IMG/VR virus record: IMGVR_UViG_3300024331_000061
Location: 1-64,000 of that record
DNA length: 64,000 nt
Origin: a virus
Lineage: Duplodnaviria > Caudoviricetes
Direction: 5' to 3' (one strand)
The notes below the pieces were generated by a model, which saw only the letters and a list, made by a program, of their open reading frames with translations, made no database searches and had not been told where the DNA came from. The number at the start of each line of letters is the position of its first letter. Within the stretch, counting starts at the first letter, position 1. A program made the translations under genes and the position numbers. Of the stretch, positions 8,451 to 17,724 are shown piece by piece.

Positions 8451-9734
8451 ATGTCAGACCCGAGAGGCACGATTCCGATCATGACGACACCACTACTAGA
8501 CAGGACCGAGGCGTTCAACGCCGAGCGGGCCGGTCTGATCCAGAGCCTGCGAGATAACCAGGCCAGCGCCGTCGAGCGCGCCGTTGAGTACAACAAGGGC
8601 ATCGACGCCAAGATCAAGGACGGCAGGCTCGTCTCGCTGGGCAACGACCGCTATCAGGTCGTGGACCCCGGCAGCTGGGACAACGGCGAGGTCTGGACTT
8701 ACCGCAAGGTGAGTACCCAGGCACCCGCGCTGCTGCTCCCCGAGCACGGCCTGGCCGAGCTGGAAGACGGCTCGGTGGCGCTGTACCGCAAGCGCCCCGC
8801 CTGGCACAACCTGGGCAACTTCCACCTGGAGGGCCTGACCGACATCGGCCAGGTGCTGAAGGAGTCGGGACTTGACTTCGAGGTCGCCCAGATCCCCAAC
8901 CGCTACACCTGGAAGGGCATCCAGCACACCGTCCCCGGTGAGTTCATCAACGTCCGCGAGGACACCGGAGAGCCCTTCAAGACCGTCGGCAACGTCTACA
9001 CCCCGGTGCAGAACCGGCAGGCGTTCGAGTTCCTCCAGGCCCTGGCCGACAAGGGCGACATCGAGTGGGAAACCGCTGGCATGACCGCCAAGCGACGGAT
9101 CTTCGTCACGATGCGCCTGCCAGACACCCTGGTCATCGATGAGGGCGGCCTGAACGACGAGATCGAGCCCTTCGTCGGGGCGTTCAACAGCCACGACGGG
9201 CAGACCCCGTTCACCGTGGCCACCACCCCCTGGGCACCCATCTGCGGCAACACCGAGCGCTTCGCGCTCCGGGACGCCGTGAGCAAGTGGTCCATCCGCC
9301 ACACCGAGAGCGCGGCCAAGAAGATCGAGGACGCGCGCAAGACCCTCGGGCTCAGCCTCAAGTATTACGAGCAGCTGGGCGAGGAAGAGACCCAGCTGGC
9401 CCGCAACGCGATGACGCTGGACGAGGTGCGCGAGCTGATGGCGGACCTGTGGCCCGTCAAGGAGCAGGACCCCGAGAAGGAGTCCGTCCGGTCCAAGAAC
9501 TTCCGCGAGCGCCGTGACGGCCAGCTGGAAGAGCTGTGGGGCAAGAACAGCGCACGAGCCGGGAAGACCGCCTACGCGGCCGAGCGGGTCGTGACCGAGT
9601 ACCTGGACCACGTTGCCCCCCGCCGGGCCGTGGGCGACAAGCTGGCAGCGGCGCGAGCCACCGCCATCCTTGAGGGCACCGACGACGGGATCAAGGGCAG
9701 GGCGCACGAGAAGCTGATGCTGCGAGTGCGATGA
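8451..9734 (+). CDS. DUF932-family phage/plasmid protein
   Basis: YTPVQNRQAF, WETAG, GAFNSHDG, PICGNT, WSIRHT; alternative start at 8481. Confidence 0.85.
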   Translation: MSDPRGTIPIMTTPLLDRTEAFNAERAGLIQSLRDNQASAVERAVEYNKGIDAKIKDGRLVSLGNDRYQVVDPGSWDNGEVWTYRKVSTQAPALLLPEHGLAELEDGSVALYRKRPAWHNLGNFHLEGLTDIGQVLKESGLDFEVAQIPNRYTWKGIQHTVPGEFINVREDTGEPFKTVGNVYTPVQNRQAFEFLQALADKGDIEWETAGMTAKRRIFVTMRLPDTLVIDEGGLNDEIEPFVGAFNSHDGQTPFTVATTPWAPICGNTERFALRDAVSKWSIRHTESAAKKIEDARKTLGLSLKYYEQLGEEETQLARNAMTLDEVRELMADLWPVKEQDPEKESVRSKNFRERRDGQLEELWGKNSARAGKTAYAAERVVTEYLDHVAPRRAVGDKLAAARATAILEGTDDGIKGRAHEKLMLRVR

Positions 9735-9743
9735 GCCCGGAGC

Positions 9744-9771
9744 TAGGGGCCAGCCGCGAGGCTGGCCCCTA
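9744..9771 (+). terminator. GC-rich hairpin, possible terminator or RNA stabiliser
   Basis: 12-bp stem TAGGGGCCAGCC/GGCTGGCCCCTA with GCGA loop, no U-tract. Confidence 0.5.
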
Positions 9772-9791
9772 CAGCCATTGAAGGAGGCGAT

Positions 9792-10073
9792 ATGCAGACC
9801 GGAGGATTCTCCGAGGCCGCCGAGCACCTGGGCGCGCACTACGGCCAGCCGGTCAGCCGCCAGCAGGTGTTCCAGTGGTACAAGCGCCATACGCGCAACA
9901 AGGCCGGTCGGCCGTTCCCCCGCGAGGTGGAGACCGACCTGAACGCGCCGCACGGCAGGCCGCGCCGGAAGTTCGACCTGGATGACGTGCTGAGCTGGAC
10001 GGAGCCCGGCGTGCCCACGCACACCAAGGGGACGTACGGCACCGGCTGGCGCAAGCTAGGGCAGGGGTTATGA
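9792..10073 (+). CDS. Small HTH-like DNA-binding protein
   Basis: GGFSEAAEHL...VSRQQVFQW...RKFDLDDVLSW; AAGGAGG RBS. Confidence 0.6.
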   Translation: MQTGGFSEAAEHLGAHYGQPVSRQQVFQWYKRHTRNKAGRPFPREVETDLNAPHGRPRRKFDLDDVLSWTEPGVPTHTKGTYGTGWRKLGQGL

Positions 10074-10258
10074 GCGCCAGCGTGTTCCTGTCCTGCGAGC
10101 GGCACCACTCGTACGAGTCGAAGCAGCAGGCCCTGGCCGCCCTGACGGCGCGCAGGAAGGCCAGGGGCCTGAAGAAGACCCAGGGCCTGAGGCCGTTCAA
10201 GTGCCCCTCGGGCAAGCACTGGCACCTCGGCCGCGACAAGCGGTTCAGGAATAACTGA
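10070..10258 (+). CDS. Small basic Cys/His hypothetical protein
   Basis: CERHHSY...RPFKCPSGKHWHL; overlapping start/stop. Confidence 0.7.
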   Translation: MSASVFLSCERHHSYESKQQALAALTARRKARGLKKTQGLRPFKCPSGKHWHLGRDKRFRNN

Positions 10259-10267
10259 ACCCCGAGG

Positions 10268-10303
10268 GGTGTTTACACCAATGCAGGGCTCGGAAGGAGC
10301 CCG
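10268..10303 (+). promoter_or_regulatory. Second copy of 36-nt GGTGTTTACACC...GGAGCCCG element
   Basis: 31/36 identity to 8413-8448, intergenic, upstream of a small-gene cluster. Confidence 0.6.
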
Positions 10304-10324
10304 AGCGGAAGGACAACGATAACG

Positions 10325-10465
10325 ATGAAGATCCCTTTCCTCCCGAACACCACGGCGATGGATGCCGTGTCCGGGGAGATCCGGTACGCGCCCCTGGTGG
10401 GCTCGGACGAAGAGCCGATCGACCTGGAGCTGGGCGAAGACGGCGTTTGGGCGGTGCCCGAATGA
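10325..10465 (+). CDS. 46-aa acidic hypothetical protein (below ORF-track cutoff)
   Basis: MKIPFLPNTT...GVWAVPE; AAGGA RBS; ATGA overlap with next gene. Confidence 0.6.
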   Translation: MKIPFLPNTTAMDAVSGEIRYAPLVGSDEEPIDLELGEDGVWAVPE

Positions 10466-10719
10466 CCACGCCAGCCCCCCGTCCGCTGCACAAGATCGCG
10501 GACGAGATCACCCGCAAGTGGCCTGAGCCGTTCTACGGCGCGCGGCCCTACATCAGGGCGATGCGCTACCTGGCCACCATGGAGGACAACTACCACGAGG
10601 ACAAGGCCGACGAGATCGTGCTGCGGTTCCTGACTAACGCCAGGGGCTGGCGCGGCGAGGATGCCAAGCGCATCAAGGCCGAGCTGCGGTCCATGCTCCC
10701 GAAGCGGAGGACCCGGTGA
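10462..10719 (+). CDS. Hypothetical protein
   Basis: MTTPAPRPLHKIADEI..., coupled ATGA/GTGA junctions. Confidence 0.7.
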   Translation: MTTPAPRPLHKIADEITRKWPEPFYGARPYIRAMRYLATMEDNYHEDKADEIVLRFLTNARGWRGEDAKRIKAELRSMLPKRRTR

Positions 10720-10901
10720 AGCGCTACAAGGTCACGGTCACCTACCGGCCGCATGCCAACAGCCTGCGGCGGGAGACGGCAGACTTCACCGTCGAGGCCC
10801 CCAACAAGCAGGTCGCCCTGGTGCGATCCGGGTGGATCATGCACGTGAGGGAGATCTACCACATTGCGGGCAGCCTCAGCGTCGAGATCGAGGTGCTGTG
10901 A
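10716..10901 (+). CDS. Hypothetical protein
   Basis: 61 aa, GTGA overlaps at both ends. Confidence 0.6.
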   Translation: MKRYKVTVTYRPHANSLRRETADFTVEAPNKQVALVRSGWIMHVREIYHIAGSLSVEIEVL

Positions 10902-11197
10902 AGGCCCGCCAGCCGTACACCGGGCCGGGCTACCCGGCCTGGTGGGCGGTCTCCCAGACCTATGAGCATCAGGGCAAGACCCTGGCCCGAGGGCAGGGCC
11001 TGACGATCACCGGCGAGCGCGGCGGAAGGTTCACCTTCTACGAGCACGTAGTAGCCCAGCCGAGGCCGGGCAGCCGCAAGCGCAAGCCAGCTGAGTGGAT
11101 CACCGTCCTGGGCGGCCCGCTCGGCGTGAAGCAGTTCCGGTCATTCCGGCCGGATCGGATAGGGCGCGTCCTGCGCCCGGAGAGGCGGAAGCGGTGA
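10898..11197 (+). CDS. Hypothetical protein (SH3-like beta domain common in actinophages)
   Basis: LTITGERGGRFTF...WITVLGG...FRSFRPDRI; GTGA coupling. Confidence 0.65.
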   Translation: MKARQPYTGPGYPAWWAVSQTYEHQGKTLARGQGLTITGERGGRFTFYEHVVAQPRPGSRKRKPAEWITVLGGPLGVKQFRSFRPDRIGRVLRPERRKR

Positions 11198-11535
11198 CCC
11201 GGCAGTCCAGCCTCAAGAACATCGTGACCCGGCCAGGTGACTACGACTACGGCAGCTACCCTGGCGATCACGAGCTGATCCTGTACGGCAGGGCCGCCGC
11301 GCCCGCCGTCCTGGCCAGGCGGGGCACCGAGACGCACCTGAGCGCGGACGACATCCGCAAGCACGTGCTGGTGTTCATAGCCGAGCACCCCGACGAGTTC
11401 GGTCCCGCAGTCAGGGCGATCACCGCCCTGTGGGACGACACAGACCTGGACCGGCTGAACCAGGGCATCCACACATTCAGCCTCACCGAGCGCGAGCGGA
11501 AGAGCTTGCGCCAGCACCTGGAGACACAACGATGA
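11194..11535 (+). CDS. Hypothetical protein
   Basis: GTGA-coupled start, GC3-rich codons. Confidence 0.65.
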   Translation: MTRQSSLKNIVTRPGDYDYGSYPGDHELILYGRAAAPAVLARRGTETHLSADDIRKHVLVFIAEHPDEFGPAVRAITALWDDTDLDRLNQGIHTFSLTERERKSLRQHLETQR

Positions 11536-11957
11536 CAACGATGACGATAACGGTGACGCACGACCAGCTCAGCCAGGCCCGTGACGAGGGTTCTGTGCTC
11601 ACGGTCACCGGCACCGAGGACCAGACCGGAGACCTGGTGACCATAGCCGGGGACTGGCGGCCGATGATGCGCCTGTTCGAGGGCGTGACCGAGAGCGGCG
11701 AGGCTACCGCCGAGGTCGAGACCTACCAGGTAGTGCACCGCGTGCCCCTGCGCCGGGCCACCGTGGCCGTCGGCACCGGCCAGCCAGCCGAGGCCGCCCG
11801 CGTGGTGGACAAGTACCTGTACGGCAACTACCGGGTGACCGGGGCCGACCAGGAGCACGTCTACATCGAGGGCCATGATGACCACGGGTTCACGCTCGAT
11901 GCCATCACCGACCGCCTGGCCAGCGGGATGCTGTACGCGAGGGAGGTCCGGTCATGA
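11532..11957 (+). CDS. Hypothetical protein
   Basis: MTTMTITVTHDQL..., ATGA coupling. Confidence 0.7.
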   Translation: MTTMTITVTHDQLSQARDEGSVLTVTGTEDQTGDLVTIAGDWRPMMRLFEGVTESGEATAEVETYQVVHRVPLRRATVAVGTGQPAEAARVVDKYLYGNYRVTGADQEHVYIEGHDDHGFTLDAITDRLASGMLYAREVRS

Positions 11958-12358
11958 GATCAGCTGAGGCAGTCGAGTTCGTCCGCAACTCGGTGTTCAA
12001 GCCGGGCTGGCGGATGAAGGCCGAGCGGTACACCGCCGACATGATCATCTTCACCTTCTACATCGACACGGTAGACACCAGCTACCCGGACGCCGACGGC
12101 ACCTGCCGCAGGCACGTGACGCTGGTCCGTGACGAGGTGTGGGACGTGAGCGGCCTGGACGAGATGGGCCTGATCGGCCGCATCCTGCGGCTGTCGGCAG
12201 AGACCGACGTGCACGAGGACCGCGAGTTCTTCAAGGTCCGCCAGCCCGACGGCAGCTGGCACGCCCCGCTGCACCCGCACACCTACGAGGGCCAGCGCGC
12301 CTGGAGCAACGGGCGAGCCCGCCAGGGCTGGCGGGACGTAGCGGACGAACTGAGGTAA
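11954..12358 (+). CDS. Hypothetical protein
   Basis: 134 aa, FKPGW...HEDREFF...PLHPH. Confidence 0.7.
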   Translation: MRSAEAVEFVRNSVFKPGWRMKAERYTADMIIFTFYIDTVDTSYPDADGTCRRHVTLVRDEVWDVSGLDEMGLIGRILRLSAETDVHEDREFFKVRQPDGSWHAPLHPHTYEGQRAWSNGRARQGWRDVADELR

Positions 12359-12360
12359 CC

Positions 12361-12558
12361 ATGGCCACCTATCGCTGGTACATCATCGGCACCCGCCGGG
12401 ACAGCGAGACGGTGCAGATCCTGGGCTGGTCCAGGGACCGCATAGCGGCCCTGGGCCGTCCGGGCGTCATCGCCGTCTACTACGCATCCAGCCGCCGGAT
12501 GGCGGCCCGGCTGGCCAAGGCCGACCGGGGATTCGAGATCAAGTGGAGGAAATACTGA
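12361..12558 (+). CDS. Hypothetical protein
   Basis: MATYRWYIIG..., GAGG RBS. Confidence 0.6.
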   Translation: MATYRWYIIGTRRDSETVQILGWSRDRIAALGRPGVIAVYYASSRRMAARLAKADRGFEIKWRKY

Positions 12559-12800
12559 TGAACACGGCTCGTGCACCATCTGGTGCACCGACCCGGCTGA
12601 GCTGGCGCAGGGTCCAGCCCGGCATGAGGATCTATGATCCGTCCAAGGGCAACCCGCTGATCATGGCGATCGTGCCCACCAACACCGACACCCGCCGGGA
12701 GATCCGGCACCCGGCCGCGATGGCCACCACCACCGACTGGCGTTTCGCCCCGAAGGCGGGGTTCGTCAAGCTGGTCTCAGCTGAGCTGGAGACGCTATGA
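12558..12800 (+). CDS. Hypothetical protein
   Basis: TGATG coupling, GGAGG RBS. Confidence 0.6.
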   Translation: MNTARAPSGAPTRLSWRRVQPGMRIYDPSKGNPLIMAIVPTNTDTRREIRHPAAMATTTDWRFAPKAGFVKLVSAELETL

Positions 12801-12988
12801 GCGCGCGGAAGTCCCTGGCCCGGTCCTACCGGAAGGTAGCCCGAGCCCAGGCCATGATCCTCCGCGAGCAGGCGTATCAGCTGCGCCGCGCGAACGACGA
12901 GCACGATCTGGACGAGCTGCCGTGGTGGAGGCAGCGCACGCTGGGCAACCTGCTCACCGTCCTGATCCAGCGTTACTGGCCGTGGTGA
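12797..12988 (+). CDS. Hypothetical protein
   Basis: 63 aa, ATGA coupling, ends just before terminator. Confidence 0.6.
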   Translation: MSARKSLARSYRKVARAQAMILREQAYQLRRANDEHDLDELPWWRQRTLGNLLTVLIQRYWPW

Positions 12989-12997
12989 ACGACCCCC

Positions 12998-13027
12998 GAA
13001 GGCCCGCCCTAACCGGCGGGCCTTTTC
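12998..13027. terminator. Bidirectional intrinsic terminator between convergent modules
   Basis: AAGGCCCGCC-ctaacc-GGCGGGCCTT followed by TTC, at the strand switch. Confidence 0.8.
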
Positions 13028-13284
13028 GCTGTCACGGGCTTGCAGCCGGTAATCGGGTCCACGTCATCGTCCGGCACGGCGGCCATCGGCTCGGTCCTCT
13101 TGTCGATGAAGCGCCACATGCCGCGCGGGTTGAGCAGGTCCAGCACCAGCGCCGAGCTGACCATGGTGTTGTTGCCGTGCAGCGCCTGGAGCTGGGTCAG
13201 CTCGATGCGGACCCGCGCCTCGGCATCGCGGTAGTCGCACTCATGGTCAGCCCGCTGCCGCTGCCGCGCCGCCTTGAATGGCAT
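13009..13284 (-). CDS. Hypothetical protein downstream of endolysin
   Basis: 91 aa, TGATG coupled to the lysin; 3' end runs into the terminator. Confidence 0.5.
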   Translation of the reverse strand: MPFKAARQRQRADHECDYRDAEARVRIELTQLQALHGNNTMVSSALVLDLLNPRGMWRFIDKRTEPMAAVPDDDVDPITGCKPVTAKRPAG

Positions 13285-14078
13285 CAGGACAGCTTCGCCC
13301 AGGTGGCCGGGCCGACAACGCCGTCCACGGCCAGGCTGTGATGGGACTGGTAGGACCGCACCGCCGCCGTGGTGGCCACGCCGAACACGCCGTCAACGAT
13401 CAGCGGGCCGAAACCAGCCTTGTTCAGCGCCACCTGGAGCGTCTTGACCGCCTGGCCGGTGACGCCAGCCTGGACCGTGGGGTGCGAGGGACGCGGGCTG
13501 CCCGGCCGGGGCCACTGGCCGTAGTCCGCCTTCATGCTCTGGTCCCAGTCGGCGCTCTGGCCCGCGACCGTGACGCCGTTGTGCGTCTGGCGCAGCTGGG
13601 CTCGCGTGTCCCAGTTGCCACCGCTCCAGGCGTAGGTCTGCCAGCCGTACGTGACCTTGCCTGCGTCGAACGCGCGCTTCAGCGGGTAGTACCCGCTGTA
13701 GATCCCGGTGCGGGCCTTGCCGATGACCGAGGCCACGCCGTCGAGGTACGAGTTGATGGCAGCCTGCTGGGCTGGCGTGGAGTCGAAGTCGCAGGCGAAG
13801 TAGATGGGCGCGTTCTTCATGCCGAGCAGGCTGGCCTGGCCGTCCGCGTTCTGCGCGTCGTCCACGCCCTGCCTGTGGCCGCCCAGCATGGCCTGCGCGG
13901 TCTGCTCCCAGACCAGCACCACGTCCAGCCCGGCTGCCACGGCGGCGTCCAGCTCAGACTTCACCAGGTCCTTGGACGGGTCGTGGCTCAGGTAGCGGGC
14001 GATGAACATGACCCCGGCTGCCTTCAGGGCGCTGGGGCTCGGCTTGGGCTGCGCCCAGGCGTAGTCGATACCCTTCAT
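13284..14078 (-). CDS. Endolysin: DUF1906/GH25-like glycoside hydrolase plus PG_binding_1 domain
   Basis: GIDY...FIARYL...LVWEQ...PIYFACDFD...GIYSG...WQTYAWS; C-terminal VKTLQVALN...DGVFG...VRSYQ...DGVVGPATW. Confidence 0.9.
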   Translation of the reverse strand: MKGIDYAWAQPKPSPSALKAAGVMFIARYLSHDPSKDLVKSELDAAVAAGLDVVLVWEQTAQAMLGGHRQGVDDAQNADGQASLLGMKNAPIYFACDFDSTPAQQAAINSYLDGVASVIGKARTGIYSGYYPLKRAFDAGKVTYGWQTYAWSGGNWDTRAQLRQTHNGVTVAGQSADWDQSMKADYGQWPRPGSPRPSHPTVQAGVTGQAVKTLQVALNKAGFGPLIVDGVFGVATTAAVRSYQSHHSLAVDGVVGPATWAKLS

Positions 14079-14121
14079 CGTGATCCTTCCTTCATCGTCA
14101 TCAGGACCAGGCCAGCCTAAC

Positions 14122-14394
14122 TCAGCAGCCTGCGATGAGCAGGTAGCCGCTGCCCTTGGTGAAGCCAGCCGGGATAGTCACGGTCGTGTTAGTGAACGCA
14201 GCCAGGGTGGCGATCCCGGATGACGGGCTCAGCACGGCAGCCAGCTTGATCACCTGGAAGACCGGCCCGCCCGTGATGGTGGCCAGGTCCACCGTGTCCC
14301 CGGTGTTGACGTTGCGCAGCCAGAAGACAGCGAACAGGTCCGGGCCGCTCTCGCTGTACTGGTTGATGACGTTGGTGCTGGTCAGGACGGCCAT
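14122..14394 (-). CDS. Small tail-associated protein, paralog of 23125-23403
   Basis: Shared GDTVDL, FQ-x-x-K-x-A, TTVT-x-PAG, GYLL. Confidence 0.7.
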   Translation of the reverse strand: MAVLTSTNVINQYSESGPDLFAVFWLRNVNTGDTVDLATITGGPVFQVIKLAAVLSPSSGIATLAAFTNTTVTIPAGFTKGSGYLLIAGC

Positions 14395-14404
14395 CGGCTT
14401 CTCC

Positions 14405-17400
14405 TTAGTGGGTCCAGTTCACGATCATCGCCGGGGTCTTGCCGCCGACTACGCCGCCGCCCCAGAAGTTGCCCCACCAGTTCAGGTTGGTGTTGTTGGG
14501 CGAGGTCGGGGCGAGCACGGCGTAGGTCGTGCCCCCGGCGGCGAACGGTGCCCAGGCGCTGGAGCCGAGCGTATGCGTCAGCAGCTGGCCCTCCGCGATG
14601 TTCCAGAAGTCCAGGAAGCTGGAGTACCCGGCCGAGCCCAGCACGGTCGAGCTGTGCAGCCCGACGGTCATCCCGTAGCTGTAGTACGAGCCCGTGTTCT
14701 GTAGCCGCAGCTTCACGCTGTTGATGCCGAAGGTGCTGAGCACCGTGTTCAGGTTGTTGCCCAGGCTGCCGACGTTGAACTGGATGTACCCGATGTTCCA
14801 GGCCGAGCCAGGCCCGCTGGGCGAGCCCTGGTAGAGGGTGCTGTTGTGGTTCCGCTGCGCGCCGCCCGAGTAGTAGCTCCAGGTGTTGGCCCCGTAGAAA
14901 TACTCCGTCTTGGTCTGCGCGCCGCCGGACCCGCCGGTCGTGCCGGACCCGAGGACCACGCCGCTGTTGATGAACTGGCCGTTGTCCACTCCCAGGTCGG
15001 TGACGCGCATCTCGATCGATGTCTGGAACTGGATCGTCCCGCCGGTCTGGATCAGGCCGGTCAGCAGCACCCGGTACGGGGTGTCCACGCCGGGCGTGCC
15101 CGGAATCCAGGAGACGTAAGGGCTCATGAAGTTCTTGCTGGCATTCGAGATGGTCGTGATGGTCGGGCTGTGCCCGGCCACCTCCGACACGCTGCCGCCG
15201 ACCGTGGTGCTGGGCGTCGAGCCGTCCGTGGTGTACTTCAGCCGGAAGACGACCTGGTTCCCGGATGCCCCGGCAGCGGAGACCAGGAAGTCCGTCGGGA
15301 AGACCTCAAGCATGTAGGCGTGCCCGGCCGGGATGGTGAAGTCGATCTCCAGCAGGGCGGTCTCGGCCTGGGCGATGGCAACGCTGGGCCAGCTGACGGG
15401 CGTCCAGGCGCGCTGGATGATCCCGCTGTTCCCCGCGACCAGGAACTGGGCCAGCGATGTGCCTCCGAGGATCACGTCCGTGGTAGCCGAGAGGGTCTGC
15501 CCGGTGATGTTGCCGAGGGCGTCGATGCCCGCGAGCTGGTTGTTGAACGGGTCCTCCACGCCGAAGACGTTGGTCAGGCCGGGCAAGCCGATGAAGTTAA
15601 TGCCCTGCGGTACGACATTGCCGAAGGGGTCCGTCGTGGCGATGGGCGAGTTGGAGTAAACCAGGCCGCCGGGCACCGCGATGGCGTCGATGTAGTACAC
15701 GGTGTTCACCGCGTCGGCCGCCGCCTGGTTGACGAAGAAGACGGCAGACTGCGCCCCTGCGGGCACGCCAGCCCCGGAGATGGAGACCGCGTAGACCCCG
15801 TTGGTCGTGGTGGTCAGCGTGCCCTGGTCCCCGCTGGCGCTGCCCAGGTTAGAGCCGGTGCCGCCCGGCCCGGACCAGAAGGTGAACCCGATGGAGATGC
15901 CTGTCAGGGCAGCCGGGGTGAAGATCTGGCAGGACATCGAGACGCTCGTGCCCGCGATCACCGGGAAGGCCGGGAAGGTCGCGCCCCAGTTCGCCGTGGT
16001 GTTGCTGTGCGTGATCTTCAGCGACATCTGCCCGTTAGCCGACCAGACGGTGCTCGGGGTCAGGGTGGCGTTGACGCCCGCAGGAGAGCCCGTGGAAGCC
16101 GGGACGACCGGGTTGTCCTTCAGCCCCAGGATGATGGCTGACCAGGCCGCAGAGACGATCGTGGCGCTGCCGGTGACCGCAGCCGCGCTGATGTTGGCGG
16201 TGTAGTAGATCGAGGTGTACTGGAAGGTGGCCACGTGCTGCTGGCTCAGCAGCGTCCAGCCGTCCGGGATGGCGCTGGGAATGCCCCCGGCGCTGGCGTC
16301 GGAGACGAACAGCAGCACGATGTCCCCGTAGTCGGCCGGGGTGCCGGACACGCTGATGGCGGTGCCCGAGCCGTTGGCCGAGCTGGAGAAGTCAGTGACC
16401 GAGCCGGACGGCAGCACCCCGGCCGTGGCGATGGCCGTGATGTTCTTCTCCTGCGTATTCGCTGCCGCGTAGGTAACGGTGATGCTGTCGTGGCTGGTCA
16501 GCACGTTGGCGTTGGGGCACTGGAAGACCTGCATCTGCTGATTGACGGTGACCGACTGGACCAGCGTGTAGGTGTTCCCGGCGGTGTCCGTGACGCCGGT
16601 CGCCGCCGTGGCTCCCGAGCAGGAGGCCACCACGGTGACCGTGCTGCCGGGGATCGTGGCCGTGGTGGTGACGCCGTTCGCGTAGGTGGTCGAGCTGACC
16701 GCCGAGCTGGCGCTGAACAGCACCAGCGGGTAGCCGGGCGGCTCGAAGTCCCAGCCGGTCGGGCCGGTCAGGCTGGAGTAGATCAGCTGGGTGCCGCCGG
16801 GCGAGAGCTTCATCAGCAGCGTGCCGCTGGAGCTGAACCAGTCGATCGTGCCGTCGGCCTCGATCTTGAAGACCACCACGCCGCCCACGTTGGTGATCGT
16901 GATCGAGCCGTCGGCGTTGATGCTGGTCTTGGGGTCGGTGGCGCTGTTGCGCAGGATCGAGCCGGTGATCGTGGTCGCATCCACGATGCCCGCGACCACC
17001 AGGTTCGCCGCCAGCAGCGCAGCCGTGATGGTGCCCGCGAAGATGTTGGCGCTGGTGATCGTGGCCCCGGCGATCTGGCTGCCGAGGATGCCCGCCGCTG
17101 CCGCTAGCTGGGCTGCGGTGATCGTGCCGGTGGCGATCTGGAGCGCGGTGATCGAGCCGGGCGGGATGACGCCAGCCGGGATGACCGCAGGGCTGCCGCT
17201 AGCCTGGGCTGACGGGTCACCAGCCTGGCCTGCCCCGTTGACGGCCATCAGCGCGACGTAGTAGGTCGTGCCCGCCGTGAGCCCGCCGATGCCGAACAGG
17301 CCAGCGCCGATCATCTGGCCCACCAGCGTGCCGGACGAGGGAGTGAAGTTGGGCGTCACCGACACGTGGACCTGAGTCGCGGCGAAGTCGAGCAGCGGCG

Positions 17401-17722
17401 TGGTGCCGTCGCTCATCAGCCCGTCCCAGCTCACGATGAGCCCGCCGATGCCGCCCAGCACGACAGGCGTGCTCGGGGACAGCGGCGGCACGACGGTGCC
17501 AACCTGCTTGACCGCGAACGTGCCGTCGGACTGCGCGCCGATGACGATCGCGGGTGCCCCGGTGTTGTCGTTGATCGTGAGGCTGCCGCCGTCGATCGAC
17601 GTGTTCTGGCTGTTGTAGCCGCTGCGCTGGTTGCGCTCCAGCGTGGTGATCCGGGCCGCCATCTCCCGGATCTGGCCGGTGAGCTGGGTGACCGCCGGAT
17701 CGAGGATTCCGCTGACTGGCAT
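14405..17722 (-). CDS. Large minor tail protein / tail fibre (FN3-like and beta-sandwich domains)
   Basis: N-terminal IREMAARITTLERNQ, LIVSWDG...YYVALMAVNGAG FN3-like segment, T/S/G-rich beta domains. Confidence 0.8.
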   Translation of the reverse strand: MPVSGILDPAVTQLTGQIREMAARITTLERNQRSGYNSQNTSIDGGSLTINDNTGAPAIVIGAQSDGTFAVKQVGTVVPPLSPSTPVVLGGIGGLIVSWDGLMSDGTTPLLDFAATQVHVSVTPNFTPSSGTLVGQMIGAGLFGIGGLTAGTTYYVALMAVNGAGQAGDPSAQASGSPAVIPAGVIPPGSITALQIATGTITAAQLAAAAGILGSQIAGATITSANIFAGTITAALLAANLVVAGIVDATTITGSILRNSATDPKTSINADGSITITNVGGVVVFKIEADGTIDWFSSSGTLLMKLSPGGTQLIYSSLTGPTGWDFEPPGYPLVLFSASSAVSSTTYANGVTTTATIPGSTVTVVASCSGATAATGVTDTAGNTYTLVQSVTVNQQMQVFQCPNANVLTSHDSITVTYAAANTQEKNITAIATAGVLPSGSVTDFSSSANGSGTAISVSGTPADYGDIVLLFVSDASAGGIPSAIPDGWTLLSQQHVATFQYTSIYYTANISAAAVTGSATIVSAAWSAIILGLKDNPVVPASTGSPAGVNATLTPSTVWSANGQMSLKITHSNTTANWGATFPAFPVIAGTSVSMSCQIFTPAALTGISIGFTFWSGPGGTGSNLGSASGDQGTLTTTTNGVYAVSISGAGVPAGAQSAVFFVNQAAADAVNTVYYIDAIAVPGGLVYSNSPIATTDPFGNVVPQGINFIGLPGLTNVFGVEDPFNNQLAGIDALGNITGQTLSATTDVILGGTSLAQFLVAGNSGIIQRAWTPVSWPSVAIAQAETALLEIDFTIPAGHAYMLEVFPTDFLVSAAGASGNQVVFRLKYTTDGSTPSTTVGGSVSEVAGHSPTITTISNASKNFMSPYVSWIPGTPGVDTPYRVLLTGLIQTGGTIQFQTSIEMRVTDLGVDNGQFINSGVVLGSGTTGGSGGAQTKTEYFYGANTWSYYSGGAQRNHNSTLYQGSPSGPGSAWNIGYIQFNVGSLGNNLNTVLSTFGINSVKLRLQNTGSYYSYGMTVGLHSSTVLGSAGYSSFLDFWNIAEGQLLTHTLGSSAWAPFAAGGTTYAVLAPTSPNNTNLNWWGNFWGGGVVGGKTPAMIVNWTH

Positions 17723-17724
17723 GG

